Positions 52,028 to 62,774 of a DNA stretch of 64,000 bases are shown piece after piece. Origin of the DNA: an uncultured Spirochaetales bacterium (lineage in GTDB: Bacteria > Spirochaetota > GWE2-31-10 > CAYYKD01); contig CAZSQU010000001.1 in NCBI GenBank assembly GCA_964608985.1, forward strand, positions 89,851 through 153,850. The letters are read 5' to 3'. A model generated the notes under the pieces. It ran no database searches. It was given only the letters and a program-made list of their open reading frames with translations, and was not told where the DNA came from. Numbering within the stretch: position 1 is the first letter of the stretch; every line of letters begins with the position of its first letter. The position numbers and the translations under genes are program-made.

Positions 52028-52771
52028 ATGGATTTCTCAGAGATAAAACCAATATCACTCAAAGCTGATTCTGATATAGGTGTACTTGTCAGTCATGGAT
52101 ATTCAAGCACGCCTTTATCAATGCAATACTACTGTAAGGCTCTTAATGAAGCAGGGTTTCATGTTGAATGTCCTATTCTTGCAGGCCATGCGGATAACTG
52201 GCAGAAAATGGATAGATACAAATGGACTGATTGGTTAAATGATCTTGAGAATGCTTTATCAATACTTGAAAAAAGAGCAAAAACCATATTTGTTTCAGGT
52301 TTGTCTATGGGCGGCGCGCTCGTTCTATTGCTTTCTCAAAAGTATCAGGACAGATTCAAAGGTGTGATTGTAATAAACAATTCCGGTTTATATGATGATA
52401 TTAGACTTAAAATGATATCATTTCTAAAGTATTTCATAAAAACCGGAGACGGGGTTTGTTCGGATATCAAAAACCCCGATGAGATTGAAATCGGCTATGC
52501 AAAATTGATGACAAAATCGGTAGAACAATTTATAATTCTTAATAATACAATGATAAAAGGTCTACCTTTAGTAAAAATACCTGCTCTCATCTTTAAGTCA
52601 TTGGAAGACCATGTTGTACCGGTTCGATCATCTAAAGCAGTATATGACAAAATAAGCTCAATAGATAAAGAGATTATATATCTTACAAACTCATATCATG
52701 TTGCAACACAAGACTTCGATAAGGATATAATATTTGAAAAAGCAATTGATTTTATCAAAAAAAGATTATAG
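52028..52771 (+). CDS. Alpha/beta-hydrolase fold esterase
   Basis: Nucleophile elbow 'GLSMGG' (GxSxG). 247 aa. Confidence 0.6.
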   Translation: MDFSEIKPISLKADSDIGVLVSHGYSSTPLSMQYYCKALNEAGFHVECPILAGHADNWQKMDRYKWTDWLNDLENALSILEKRAKTIFVSGLSMGGALVLLLSQKYQDRFKGVIVINNSGLYDDIRLKMISFLKYFIKTGDGVCSDIKNPDEIEIGYAKLMTKSVEQFIILNNTMIKGLPLVKIPALIFKSLEDHVVPVRSSKAVYDKISSIDKEIIYLTNSYHVATQDFDKDIIFEKAIDFIKKRL

Positions 52772-52780
52772 GAGTCTCTG

Positions 52781-53935
52781 ATGGATATTAAAACAAAATC
52801 ACTTCGGTTTTTTGATCATAATAATAATGTCAGATTTTTCTTTGCACCCGGTAGAGTAAATATCATTGGTGAGCACATTGATTATAACGGTGGGAGTGTT
52901 TTACCATGCAGTCTTTCAATCGGTATTTACGCCGCAGTTTTACCTGATAATTCCGATGAGATTAAACTCCAATCTGATGATCAGGATAAAAGTATTATTG
53001 TAAAAATATCTGAACAAATAGATAAAAATGAAATTGATGGTTGGGGAAACTATCCGAAAGGTGTTATTAAGTATCTGTTAGAATCAGGTTTTAGTATTAA
53101 AGGCTGTAGTATATTCTATTGTTCAACATTGCCTGCAAGCTCAGGTTTATCATCTTCTGCGGCTCTCGAATTAGTTACAGCTTATTCTTTATTATCTGTA
53201 AGCGGATATACAAATAGTGAAATTAACAGGATAGAACTGGCAAAGTTATGTAAAAAAGTCGAAAACGACTTTATTGGTGTTAAATCAGGAATTATGGATC
53301 AATTTGCTGTTGCTATGGGTAAAAAGGACAATGCAATTTTACTTAACTGCAATACACTTGAGTATTCATATGTACCTTTGAATCTAAAAAACTATTCACT
53401 TGTAATTATGAATACGGGTAAAAAAAGAAATTTAACAGATTCTCAATTTAACAAAAGGGTTGAAGAATCAGCAAAAGCCCTAAGTATTCTTCAATCAAAA
53501 ATCGGCATTGAGTCCTTAGCTGATATTGATTCCACTGAAAATATTGATACAATGATAAAAGACCCGCCGCTTATAAAAAGGGTTGTTCATGTATTCAGTG
53601 AGATTGAAAGAGTGAAAAACTGCTGTGATCTATTAAAAGAAAATAAACTTCTTCAATTTGGTCAAAAGCTGAATGAGTCGCATCTTTCTTTAAAATTTAA
53701 TTATGAAGCTAGCTGTTTTGAGTTGGATACAATGGTTGATGAAGCCCTAAAAACAGACGGGGTAATAGGAGCAAGGATGACCGGGGCAGGTTGGGGCGGT
53801 TGTGCTATTGCAATAGTTGATAAGGATTTTGAATCAGAATTTATTCATAATTTATCAAGAATTTATAAGAAAAAGACCGGTATAACAGGGGTTTTTCACT
53901 CAACAACGATAGATGATGGTGTGAGAGAAATATAG
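52781..53935 (+). CDS. galK: Galactokinase
   Basis: 'PGRVNIIGEHIDYNGG' signature and GHMP motif 'PASSGLSSSAA'. Confidence 0.9.
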   Translation: MDIKTKSLRFFDHNNNVRFFFAPGRVNIIGEHIDYNGGSVLPCSLSIGIYAAVLPDNSDEIKLQSDDQDKSIIVKISEQIDKNEIDGWGNYPKGVIKYLLESGFSIKGCSIFYCSTLPASSGLSSSAALELVTAYSLLSVSGYTNSEINRIELAKLCKKVENDFIGVKSGIMDQFAVAMGKKDNAILLNCNTLEYSYVPLNLKNYSLVIMNTGKKRNLTDSQFNKRVEESAKALSILQSKIGIESLADIDSTENIDTMIKDPPLIKRVVHVFSEIERVKNCCDLLKENKLLQFGQKLNESHLSLKFNYEASCFELDTMVDEALKTDGVIGARMTGAGWGGCAIAIVDKDFESEFIHNLSRIYKKKTGITGVFHSTTIDDGVREI

Positions 53936-53979
53936 AAAATAAACAAATCAATAATAACGACATCAGGACCGGAGTACCC

Positions 53980-54738
53980 ATGAAAAAATATAAGATCGGA
54001 TTAAAACTATGGTCAATAAATAAAAATTACAATCAAGATATAGTTGATCTTTATAAAAATAATTATTTCGACTATATCGAACTCTATATAAAACCGGGGA
54101 CCTATGATGAGTTTGTTAAATTCTGGCAAACGCATAAAATACCATATACAATACATGCTCCCCATTATGGTGATGGGGTTAACCTTTCTGAAAGATCAAA
54201 AATAATTTATAATCAAGCGTGTTATAATGAAAGTGCAAGATTTGCTGATCAACTAAATGCTGATTATATAATCTTTCATCCGGGAGTTAACGGTAAGCTT
54301 GAAGAAACCGTCAGACAATTAGTTATTTTAAATGATAAAAGAATTATTATTGAGAATAAACCAAGATATGGTTTAAACAATGAAAACTGCATCGGTTATT
54401 CACCGGAAGAAATTTCTTTAATTAAAAAAGAGACCGGATATAATTGCTGTCTTGATTTTGGTCACGCCATCTGTGCCGCAAAAAGTCTTTCTGTAAACCA
54501 TATTGATTATATTAAGTCCTTTATTAAACTGCAACCGGTTGTTTTTCATCTGACAGACGGTGATATAAACTCATCTAAAGATATTCATGAACATTACGGC
54601 AAAGGAAATTTCCCCATTGCAGAGATTGTATCATTAATTCCATCGGACTCAAAAATCACTAATGAAGCCAAAAAAAACAGCAATTCAGATCTGAATTGTT
54701 TTAGGGATGATATTGAATACCTGTGCAAATTATTTTAA
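53980..54738 (+). CDS. Xylose-isomerase-like TIM-barrel protein (sugar-phosphate isomerase/epimerase family), tentative
   Basis: Metal-ligand-like H/D/E positions ('IHAPHYG', 'IIFHPG', 'IIENK', 'LDFGHA'). Follows galK. Confidence 0.35.
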   Translation: MKKYKIGLKLWSINKNYNQDIVDLYKNNYFDYIELYIKPGTYDEFVKFWQTHKIPYTIHAPHYGDGVNLSERSKIIYNQACYNESARFADQLNADYIIFHPGVNGKLEETVRQLVILNDKRIIIENKPRYGLNNENCIGYSPEEISLIKKETGYNCCLDFGHAICAAKSLSVNHIDYIKSFIKLQPVVFHLTDGDINSSKDIHEHYGKGNFPIAEIVSLIPSDSKITNEAKKNSNSDLNCFRDDIEYLCKLF

Positions 54739-54757
54739 AAGTGCCCTTTAGGGAATC

Positions 54758-55168
54758 TTATTTTACACAAAAACAACTATCCAAAAGATTTTTAAAAATC
54801 ATCTGTGGTCTTGTAAGTTTTTCATATACGGAGAAATAGTTAGAAATAGTTTCTTGATCAATTTCTTCTATTTGTACTGCTTTAAACTGATTAATAATAA
54901 AATTTTTATATAATCTATTATTTTTAAAAAAAGTATTCTTGAGCACAAAATGTATAATGGTAGTTGCAATAATCAAAATAAAAACAATAAGCTTGAATAA
55001 AGTACCCGAAATGAGCGAATACGGGTTTGCCCTTATATAAAAAGCAAATCCTATGAAAGGTAAGTAAACAAGAAAAATCAAATAAAGATATTTTCTTTCA
55101 ATCCCGGTTCTATACTCTAGAAACTTTTCCTGTACCATATCTATTGTTTTTATTATACTATTATCCAT
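54758..55168 (-). CDS. Small membrane protein, hypothetical
   Basis: Two or three transmembrane helices. No motifs. Confidence 0.4.
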   Translation of the reverse strand: MDNSIIKTIDMVQEKFLEYRTGIERKYLYLIFLVYLPFIGFAFYIRANPYSLISGTLFKLIVFILIIATTIIHFVLKNTFFKNNRLYKNFIINQFKAVQIEEIDQETISNYFSVYEKLTRPQMIFKNLLDSCFCVK

Positions 55169-55183
55169 TTTGCATATCCATCC

Positions 55184-56152
55184 TCACATTTCTCTGATCA
55201 ATTTAACAAAATCAGAGTATTTTACACCGAAACACTTTTCCCACTCGCTGTCATATATCCCTTTCTGTTTAGCATAAGTGATATATTTAATTAATATTGA
55301 AGCCAGAACTTCATTATCCCTTCTTACGGCCCAATGAGCCCAATTTGCATCTGTTGAGGATACAGGGATAGTGATTTTGATATTGTCATATTTTTTGAGT
55401 TCCATAACAGCCGGAATACCACCGATACAAGTAATATCTGCATTACCGGTTGATACTGCTTCTACAAGATCAGCTGTATCAGGCACCTCAATATAGTTAA
55501 AATCAGCCATTATCAATGATTCAATTCTTCTTAAGGTAGTAGTGTAGCTCGCAGCAGGTACAATAGCGATCCTGTACCCGGATAAATCCTCAATAGCATT
55601 AATATTGATATCGTTACGAGCAAGTATCATATCTTTATCAGGTGTTGTCTTAATAAATAACAGTATTTTAGTCCGCCATCTTTGTGCACTGAGACCGTCA
55701 ACAATAATATCTACCCTATCAATGATGTCAGGATTATAAGGTGATATAATGCCGTTATTCAAACCATCCTCGAGTTCTTGTCCTAACTGAATTCCTGATT
55801 TTGCAAAGTACTCTGAAATGTTGTTAACAACAGTTATATCCAAATTGACACCGATATAATCAGCAAAAGACTTTGCGATCCTATACTCAACACCGCCATG
55901 ATCATCTTTACCATATTTATCTGGTTCAAATACAGTAGCCCTGTTTCTTGTCGCTATCCTCAAATATCCCCGTTCTTTTATTCTACTGATATAATCAAGC
56001 TCTGTATTACTGAAGATAATATCATATTTTGCAACATTATTATTATCACTATTATTAATGATAATTGTTTTATTCTTTCTGCATCCGGAAACAGATAAAA
56101 TAATTAAAAATATAATAATCAAATTAAAAATCTTAATATTAATTAATCTCAT
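55184..56152 (-). CDS. Periplasmic substrate-binding-domain lipoprotein (SBP type 3-like)
   Basis: Lipobox 'LSVSGC'. Periplasmic binding-protein-like fold. Its start overlaps the end of the hybrid kinase gene by 4 nt. Confidence 0.55.
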   Translation of the reverse strand: MRLINIKIFNLIIIFLIILSVSGCRKNKTIIINNSDNNNVAKYDIIFSNTELDYISRIKERGYLRIATRNRATVFEPDKYGKDDHGGVEYRIAKSFADYIGVNLDITVVNNISEYFAKSGIQLGQELEDGLNNGIISPYNPDIIDRVDIIVDGLSAQRWRTKILLFIKTTPDKDMILARNDININAIEDLSGYRIAIVPAASYTTTLRRIESLIMADFNYIEVPDTADLVEAVSTGNADITCIGGIPAVMELKKYDNIKITIPVSSTDANWAHWAVRRDNEVLASILIKYITYAKQKGIYDSEWEKCFGVKYSDFVKLIREM

Positions 56153-58875
56153 GCCCCTCCGCCTTGTGAATTAATAATTGTATGCAATTTATTATTTAAT
56201 TCCGTAATCGAGAATGGTTTTTGAATAAAATGTATCTTATCATTATTTATGCCGTTTGTTGCAATAATGTTAGCTGTATAACCGGACATAAATAAAACTC
56301 TTACTTCCGGTTTCATCGATAATATTTTTTGAGAAAGTTCAAACCCATTCATTTCCGGCATTACAACATCGGAGAGCAGAATATCAATATTTCCGTTATA
56401 CTCCGATACCAATTTTAATGCCTCTAACGGTCTATTGGAAGTAACAACACTATAACCTGATCCTGTTAACATCTTCTTAGTTATATTTAAAATACTGTCT
56501 TCATCTTCAACAAGCAGAATAGTGCCGGTTGCTTTTTTTGATATATTTTTTTCGTGTTTAATAATTTCTGTTTCCTTAGTTTTATCACATAATGGGAAAA
56601 ATAAATTAAATGTAGTCCCTTTATCCGGAGTTGAATCAGCAGTTATATAACCGGAGTTTTGTTTTACTATTCCATATACTGTTGATAACCCCAATCCTGT
56701 ACCTTTTCCAAGTGCCTTTGTTGTATAGAAGGGTTCAAAAAGATGCTTCAAGGTTTCTTCATCAATCCCATTACCATTGTCTTTTATAATAAGATGAGCA
56801 AAATCACCTTGAGAAACATCAAGGTTGCATAAATTATTTATTGATTTATAATCCGTTATAACAGTTTCAATTGTTATAACCCCGTTTGATGCAATTGCAT
56901 CTTTTGCATTGAGACACATATTTGTAAGAATCTGATCGATCTGGACAGCATCAATTTTTATATAGATAGGTAAGTCAGATGGTTTCCACTTTAATTCAAT
57001 GTTCTCTCCGATAATCCGTTTTATCATACTCAGACTACCTACGATTGCATTATTGAGATCAATGATCCTTGGAGCAATTGTTTGTTTTCTAGCAAACGAC
57101 AACAATTGTTTGGTTAATTCAGCCGATCTGATTGCAGCTTTCTTTATCTCATTCAGATAGTTTGTCGGATCTGAATCCCTTTTTAACAAAGCTAAATCAA
57201 CATTAGCAATTATAACTGTTAACATATTATTAAAATCATGTGCGACACCACCTGCAAGTCTTCCGATAGACTCCAGTTTCTGGGATTGCATAAGCTGATT
57301 GTTCAGTTTATCTTTTTCAATTTCTGAATTTTTTTGTAATGAGATATCCTCAATAGAAAAAACAAGAATCCCCGAATTATTTTGCTTGTTATAAGAAAGC
57401 GGAAAAATTTGAATTCTAATCCATCTGTTTGATTCGGCAATATTGTTCTTCATTATTTTGGGATACAAAAGCTCAGGCAAAGAGATCACCTGTCCCATTT
57501 TAAGCCGTTCAATAATCTCCGAACCGTTATCATTAAACAGGTGCTTATCCTCAAAAACAAGGTATTCATTATTAATAAAATCACCAAAAAAATCAACGAA
57601 ACAACTATTATATTTGATTACTTTACCATTAAAATCGGTAATTAAGAAAGCATTCGGATTATTTTCAAATAATCTATCCAAAAGTAATTTGTTGTTGTTG
57701 ATCTCAATCAACTGATTACTGACAACATCCTTTAATCGGAAGTTCCTGACAGATGCTATTATCCACAATAAAATCATAAAAAGAATAAATCCGCCGAATA
57801 ACACCATATATTTAATATATTTAGTTTCAGTCTTATAGTAATCTGTATAAACTGAACCGATTAGATTAGCATTAGCCGGAATTATACCCAATTCTTTATA
57901 AATAAATGAAATTTTTTCAATACGAGATCGACTTATATACCCCAATTCAATCATGTCAGAATTTATCAAACGAACAATCTCATTTGCCTCATATCTGAGT
58001 TTTTCTTTTGTTACACCTCTTTCCTTAACACCGGGCAAGTTTATTATATACTCGATCATCTCTTCGATGTTGTTCAAAGCATATTCCCACCCCTTGATAG
58101 TTGCTTCTCTGACTTTTAATACTCTTTCAGGATTATCAATGAGCTCTCTTTCCGATGTAAAAAGTGTATCTGCATAAAAGTCAATGCCATAATCAATTGG
58201 TCTGATAACTCTTGGAGTAACACCTTTTAACATCATCTGATAGGGTTCATTAGTGATATAATCAACTGATCCTGCAACATCTCCGTTAATAACAGAATCT
58301 ATAGACCATGTATGCGGCACAAAATCAATAAAATTTTCGTTTATGTTCTCATGGATAAACATTGCTTTAATCTCAATAATATCATCTTGGTTTGCCATTA
58401 TTTTGTGCCCGGTATAATCAGAAAGTGAACTAAGCCCCATATCATCTCTTGACAAAAGAACGATAGGGGAATGTTGAAAAATCGGCGCAACAATTACTAT
58501 CGGGTTACCGTTATATCTTTCTACAAGAATATCAGAGGCGGAAACACCATATTGTGATATTCCTGACACAACAGATTCAACCGGAAAAATATTATTCTCA
58601 GGAGTTGTCAATGTAACTTCAAGATCAAGATCATTATAATATCCTTTGATAACCGCAGCATAATAACCTGCGAATTGAAATTGGTGATACCATTTAAGAG
58701 AAATTGTGATGTTATCTTTATTTCTTTGCGAGAAACCTTGACTCAATACCAATAAAAAAAACGATAATAATATATATTTAAGTAGTAACCTTGTATTAAT
58801 CAGATATTTTAATCTCATTATTAATGACGGATACTGATCCTTTGATAGTTTCACGGAGTTCATTCTTTTCAACAT
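56149..58875 (-). CDS. Hybrid sensor histidine kinase/response regulator with a periplasmic NMT1/SBP-like sensor domain
   Basis: Signal peptide. 'LKWYHQFQFAGYYAA' NMT1-like domain. Transmembrane helix. PAS-like region. H-box 'VAHDFNNMLTVI'. HATPase 'DNGNGID...GTGLGLSTV'. Receiver 'LLVEDEDS...LLSDVVMPEMNG'. Confidence 0.85.
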   Translation of the reverse strand: MLKRMNSVKLSKDQYPSLIMRLKYLINTRLLLKYILLSFFLLVLSQGFSQRNKDNITISLKWYHQFQFAGYYAAVIKGYYNDLDLEVTLTTPENNIFPVESVVSGISQYGVSASDILVERYNGNPIVIVAPIFQHSPIVLLSRDDMGLSSLSDYTGHKIMANQDDIIEIKAMFIHENINENFIDFVPHTWSIDSVINGDVAGSVDYITNEPYQMMLKGVTPRVIRPIDYGIDFYADTLFTSERELIDNPERVLKVREATIKGWEYALNNIEEMIEYIINLPGVKERGVTKEKLRYEANEIVRLINSDMIELGYISRSRIEKISFIYKELGIIPANANLIGSVYTDYYKTETKYIKYMVLFGGFILFMILLWIIASVRNFRLKDVVSNQLIEINNNKLLLDRLFENNPNAFLITDFNGKVIKYNSCFVDFFGDFINNEYLVFEDKHLFNDNGSEIIERLKMGQVISLPELLYPKIMKNNIAESNRWIRIQIFPLSYNKQNNSGILVFSIEDISLQKNSEIEKDKLNNQLMQSQKLESIGRLAGGVAHDFNNMLTVIIANVDLALLKRDSDPTNYLNEIKKAAIRSAELTKQLLSFARKQTIAPRIIDLNNAIVGSLSMIKRIIGENIELKWKPSDLPIYIKIDAVQIDQILTNMCLNAKDAIASNGVITIETVITDYKSINNLCNLDVSQGDFAHLIIKDNGNGIDEETLKHLFEPFYTTKALGKGTGLGLSTVYGIVKQNSGYITADSTPDKGTTFNLFFPLCDKTKETEIIKHEKNISKKATGTILLVEDEDSILNITKKMLTGSGYSVVTSNRPLEALKLVSEYNGNIDILLSDVVMPEMNGFELSQKILSMKPEVRVLFMSGYTANIIATNGINNDKIHFIQKPFSITELNNKLHTIINSQGGGA

Positions 58876-58894
58876 TAAGTCCTTAAACTACAAA

Positions 58895-60592
58895 TTATGA
58901 ATGCTCTAATATCAGCGTCTTAGTAGTAAGATCACAAAGTTCTTTATCACCGTAGTATTGAATAGGTCCCGGATATAGATAACAGGTTTCAACGGCCCAT
59001 TTATTTCGTCCATTTACAAAAGTCTTAAATGGTTTACCGTTAAGATCAACAAGGGCTTTTTTAATAACCGGCTTTAACTTGCCGTGTCTTGACTCCATCG
59101 TCATCATCATTACAATGGGAACACCGCCGGCAAGCCATTTGTCAGATTTTTCATATAGGTTTGAAACGGATGCCATATAACCGGTAATCCCGTTTGAAAT
59201 TAATAGAAAAGCAGTAAATCCCAAAGTATAACAATAATCAGTATCAAAGTTAGATGGGAAAGCACATCTTCCTTCATATCCGAAGAAATGATGAAGCGGG
59301 GAAAAACTACCGTTATATTTACCTTCGATCTTTAATTCGGATAATTTTGCCTCTACAAGCTCAATTAGTAGTTTTTCTGTTTCTATTCTTGATACCTGAA
59401 CATTACCATGCGGATCTCTATCCATCAACAGTTGCCTCTGAATACTGTTAGGCAGGGATGAAAATGTGTATGATGCATCTCTTGTAAGTTTTTTATTTAT
59501 CCATTCGGATTGATCTTCAAATGTTTTTAAAGTATCAAAATACTGCTTGTGATTAGCTAAAAGTGAATTAATCTCCTTGATAAGCACATTAATCTCAGGT
59601 ATATACTCAATCAATCCTTCAGGTACGAGAACAACGCCAAAATCCTTTTTATTTTCGGCTCTTATTATTACCGTTTGTACAATCTCATCAACAATATCAT
59701 TTATTGAGCGCTGTTTATCAGCAACCTCTTCAGATATAAGGGCAATATTCGGCTGTGTTTGAAGAGCACATTCAAGAGCGATATGGGAAGCCGACCTCCC
59801 CATTAACTTAATAAAATGCCAATACTTTCTTGCAGACCTCGCATCTCTGCAAATATTTCCGATTAATTCTGAATATAATTTGGTCGCTGTATCAAAACCG
59901 AATGATATCTCAATATGCTTATTCTTAAGATCACCATCAATCGTTTTTGGAACACCGATAACCCTAATATCTGCATCTTTTTTGATAAAATACTCAGCTA
60001 GAAGTGCAGCATTTGTATTTGAATCATCACCGCCTATAATAACAATCGCATCTATAGATTTCTCTTTACAAACTTTAATGCACACATCAAATTGATCCTC
60101 TTTTTCTAACTTTGTTCTACCGGAACCGATCATATCAAAACCGCCGGTATTTCTATACTCATCAATAAAATCCTTTGTTATCTCAATCATTTTACCTTCA
60201 ATTATCCCTGAAGGACCTCTTAAAAAACCAAATAGTTTAGAGTCTTTATTAGCTGATTTAATTGAATCAAATAGACCGGAAATAACATTATGCCCACCCG
60301 GTGCCTGCCCACCCGAGAGAACTACACCGATATTTATTTTTTTTGAGACATTTTTATTTTCACCATTTACAAATTTTGCTAACGGCTTACCATAGGTATG
60401 AGGGAAACTCTCTTTCAGTTCTTTTCTGTAATCAATTGATTCCGTAGAATCACCGAATTCAACTTTTATGTTTCCGATATCTCCGGAGATGACAGAGGAG
60501 AGTCTTGGTTTATATTTATACCTTTCATTTTGAAGTATTGAAAAATCAGACATATATTTCTCCATTTGTAATATTTTCTTAAACAATATCAA
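58895..60592 (-). CDS. pfp: Pyrophosphate-dependent phosphofructokinase (long type)
   Basis: 'GGQAPGGHNVISG' and 'GGDDSNTNAA' (GGDD). 565 aa. Confidence 0.8.
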   Translation of the reverse strand: MILFKKILQMEKYMSDFSILQNERYKYKPRLSSVISGDIGNIKVEFGDSTESIDYRKELKESFPHTYGKPLAKFVNGENKNVSKKINIGVVLSGGQAPGGHNVISGLFDSIKSANKDSKLFGFLRGPSGIIEGKMIEITKDFIDEYRNTGGFDMIGSGRTKLEKEDQFDVCIKVCKEKSIDAIVIIGGDDSNTNAALLAEYFIKKDADIRVIGVPKTIDGDLKNKHIEISFGFDTATKLYSELIGNICRDARSARKYWHFIKLMGRSASHIALECALQTQPNIALISEEVADKQRSINDIVDEIVQTVIIRAENKKDFGVVLVPEGLIEYIPEINVLIKEINSLLANHKQYFDTLKTFEDQSEWINKKLTRDASYTFSSLPNSIQRQLLMDRDPHGNVQVSRIETEKLLIELVEAKLSELKIEGKYNGSFSPLHHFFGYEGRCAFPSNFDTDYCYTLGFTAFLLISNGITGYMASVSNLYEKSDKWLAGGVPIVMMMTMESRHGKLKPVIKKALVDLNGKPFKTFVNGRNKWAVETCYLYPGPIQYYGDKELCDLTTKTLILEHS

Positions 60593-60739
60593 AATAGTAA
60601 AAAATAGTCAAGCAAATACTATTGACAAAAAAAATGGAATAACAATAATTTTTTTTTTGTTGAAATAATTAAATCTTTAGTTTAATATAAATATATGGCA
60701 TCCCGCCTGTAATATTATTATAACAACGGAGTTGATCTT

Positions 60740-61282
60740 ATGAATTTATTATTCATTGTAATGGGTATTATCGAAATTCTTTTTGCCATTTTTCTGTCAT
60801 TTCTTACATTTATTATCGGTTTTAAATTCCTTAGCATTTTTACGGTAAATTATAACGACGAACAAGAAATTAAATCAAAAAATACTGCTGTCGGCATCCT
60901 TTCTGCAACTTTTCTTATCTGCATAGGATTATTATTAAAAGAAGCGGCAATACCAACAGTATCAATTATCAAAAACACCGTACTGTTATCTGCCGGTTTT
61001 GTTTCGGTTATGATTTCACTGGGGTATATTGCCATCCATTTGGTATTAACACTAACAATATCAATACTTTCACTTTTTTTATCAATAATTCTTGTAACAA
61101 AGCTATCTCCCTTTAAAAACCTTGATCCAGTTAAGAATAATAACATAGCTTTTACCCTCGTACTTGCTGCGACTATGCTTGTTACGGCAATGTTTATAGC
61201 TGAACCGCTTGTTACATTTTTATCAGGAATTATTCCGCAAGGGATAGACCATATACCGGCACCAACCGGATTGTTAAAATAG
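60740..61282 (+). CDS. Membrane protein with two DUF350-like repeats
   Basis: Repeated pattern 'YNDEQEIKSKNTAVGILSATFLICIGLLL' and 'FKNLDPVKNNNIAFTLVLAATMLVTAMFI', each between transmembrane helices. Confidence 0.5.
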   Translation: MNLLFIVMGIIEILFAIFLSFLTFIIGFKFLSIFTVNYNDEQEIKSKNTAVGILSATFLICIGLLLKEAAIPTVSIIKNTVLLSAGFVSVMISLGYIAIHLVLTLTISILSLFLSIILVTKLSPFKNLDPVKNNNIAFTLVLAATMLVTAMFIAEPLVTFLSGIIPQGIDHIPAPTGLLK

Positions 61283-61324
61283 TATAATTTTAAAAACAGT
61301 ATCTGAATAGCGGAAGGTACAATA

Positions 61325-62647
61325 ATGAAATATTTAAGAATATCTTTTTTCGTTGCTTTTTATGTTACATTCTCGGTTATAACAGTATTTTCAGATAATA
61401 TTGCCAGATTTGATGAAATAAAGAACAGGTTTGGAGTTGAAGTATTAACTGATTTCAATAGAATGGTTCCGGAATCATGGAGAACAGGCTCAATAAACGG
61501 CAGATCAACTCCACTAAATCCATCATTATATAATAAGGCGGCCGATATTATCATTGAAGCTTTATCGGCATATCCGAAAGAATTTCTTGTAAATCACTTA
61601 AAAGGTATAGGAATTGTTGATTCATTATCTTTTTATAATGTTCAGTATGGCGGAACTGCCGCATACGCAAATAAAGTTGTAGTAATTGTAGTAAAAAGTT
61701 ACTCCTATGAGCATACTGTAAGTACAATACACCATGAATTCAACCATCTGCTTGTTTACCATAATGAGTTTCCTGAAGCTCAATGGAGCGCATTAAACCG
61801 TTCCGGATTCAGTTATTCGGGAGGCGGTGTTCAAGCAATACAAAACGGGCAATCCGATATGAATTTCACTGATGCGATGATTCAACAGGGATTTGCCTGC
61901 CAATACGGTCAGAGCGCATTAATAGAAGATGTTGCGACATTTGTAGAATTTGCTTTTATGCGCAGATCAGAATTTATCAGAAGGATTAGCACAAATTCGA
62001 TTGCACTATCAAAATTTAATATTCTCAAAAGATTCTATTATAATCTTAACAACAGCTTTGATGATAATTTTTGGTCAGGCAATTCTAATATTACGAATAA
62101 AAACAATCAGACAGTAATTAACAAAACCCAAAACGAAACAAGTGTTAACAAATATTCATACAGTAACGGCTATTTTCAACTAACAGATAACCGATGGAAT
62201 GAAGTAAATCAATCGGTAAACAGAACATTTACACAGTACAATCAGGATGCAAACTACATTTATATATCAACTGCCGATTCGAGAGTTAAAATTGCTTTAC
62301 CTGTAGGTCATAATCAAGCATATATTCTTGTAAACAATCAATGGCAGCCGTACCAAACCGTCACGGCAGAAAACTCTGTTAATACAGCTGAAAATAGTGC
62401 GGCTGTTCAGATGAGATATAGCGGAAGCAACGGTTTGCAGATAGTTTCTATCGATGGCAACAGATGGTACGAAATAACCTCAACGGGAAGCAGGGTGGAC
62501 TTCATACAAAACCGGTCCGATGAAAATTATTACTATATTAATAATAGTTCACTTGAGAAATATCTCGCCATACCTGTTTCACATTCTCAAGCATATATAT
62601 GGCGTAACGGTAAATGGGAGACTTATGCGGAGATACATCTGAATTAA
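61325..62647 (+). CDS. Secreted putative zinc metallopeptidase (HExxH) with a duplicated C-terminal module
   Basis: Signal peptide. 'TIHHEFNHLLVYHNEF' contains HEFNH. C-terminal internal repeat 'IALPVGHNQAYILVNNQWQPYQ' and 'LAIPVSHSQAYIWRNGKWETYA'. Confidence 0.5.
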   Translation: MKYLRISFFVAFYVTFSVITVFSDNIARFDEIKNRFGVEVLTDFNRMVPESWRTGSINGRSTPLNPSLYNKAADIIIEALSAYPKEFLVNHLKGIGIVDSLSFYNVQYGGTAAYANKVVVIVVKSYSYEHTVSTIHHEFNHLLVYHNEFPEAQWSALNRSGFSYSGGGVQAIQNGQSDMNFTDAMIQQGFACQYGQSALIEDVATFVEFAFMRRSEFIRRISTNSIALSKFNILKRFYYNLNNSFDDNFWSGNSNITNKNNQTVINKTQNETSVNKYSYSNGYFQLTDNRWNEVNQSVNRTFTQYNQDANYIYISTADSRVKIALPVGHNQAYILVNNQWQPYQTVTAENSVNTAENSAAVQMRYSGSNGLQIVSIDGNRWYEITSTGSRVDFIQNRSDENYYYINNSSLEKYLAIPVSHSQAYIWRNGKWETYAEIHLN

Positions 62648-62774
62648 TTATGTTAAAATCATATAAGTTTTATTGCATTTTTTGATAAAAAATTATATTG
62701 ATTTATTAATAAATTATTTCAAAATTGTTAGTTTTTCACAATATTGTTATTAAATAAAATTTTCAGGAGTTAAT

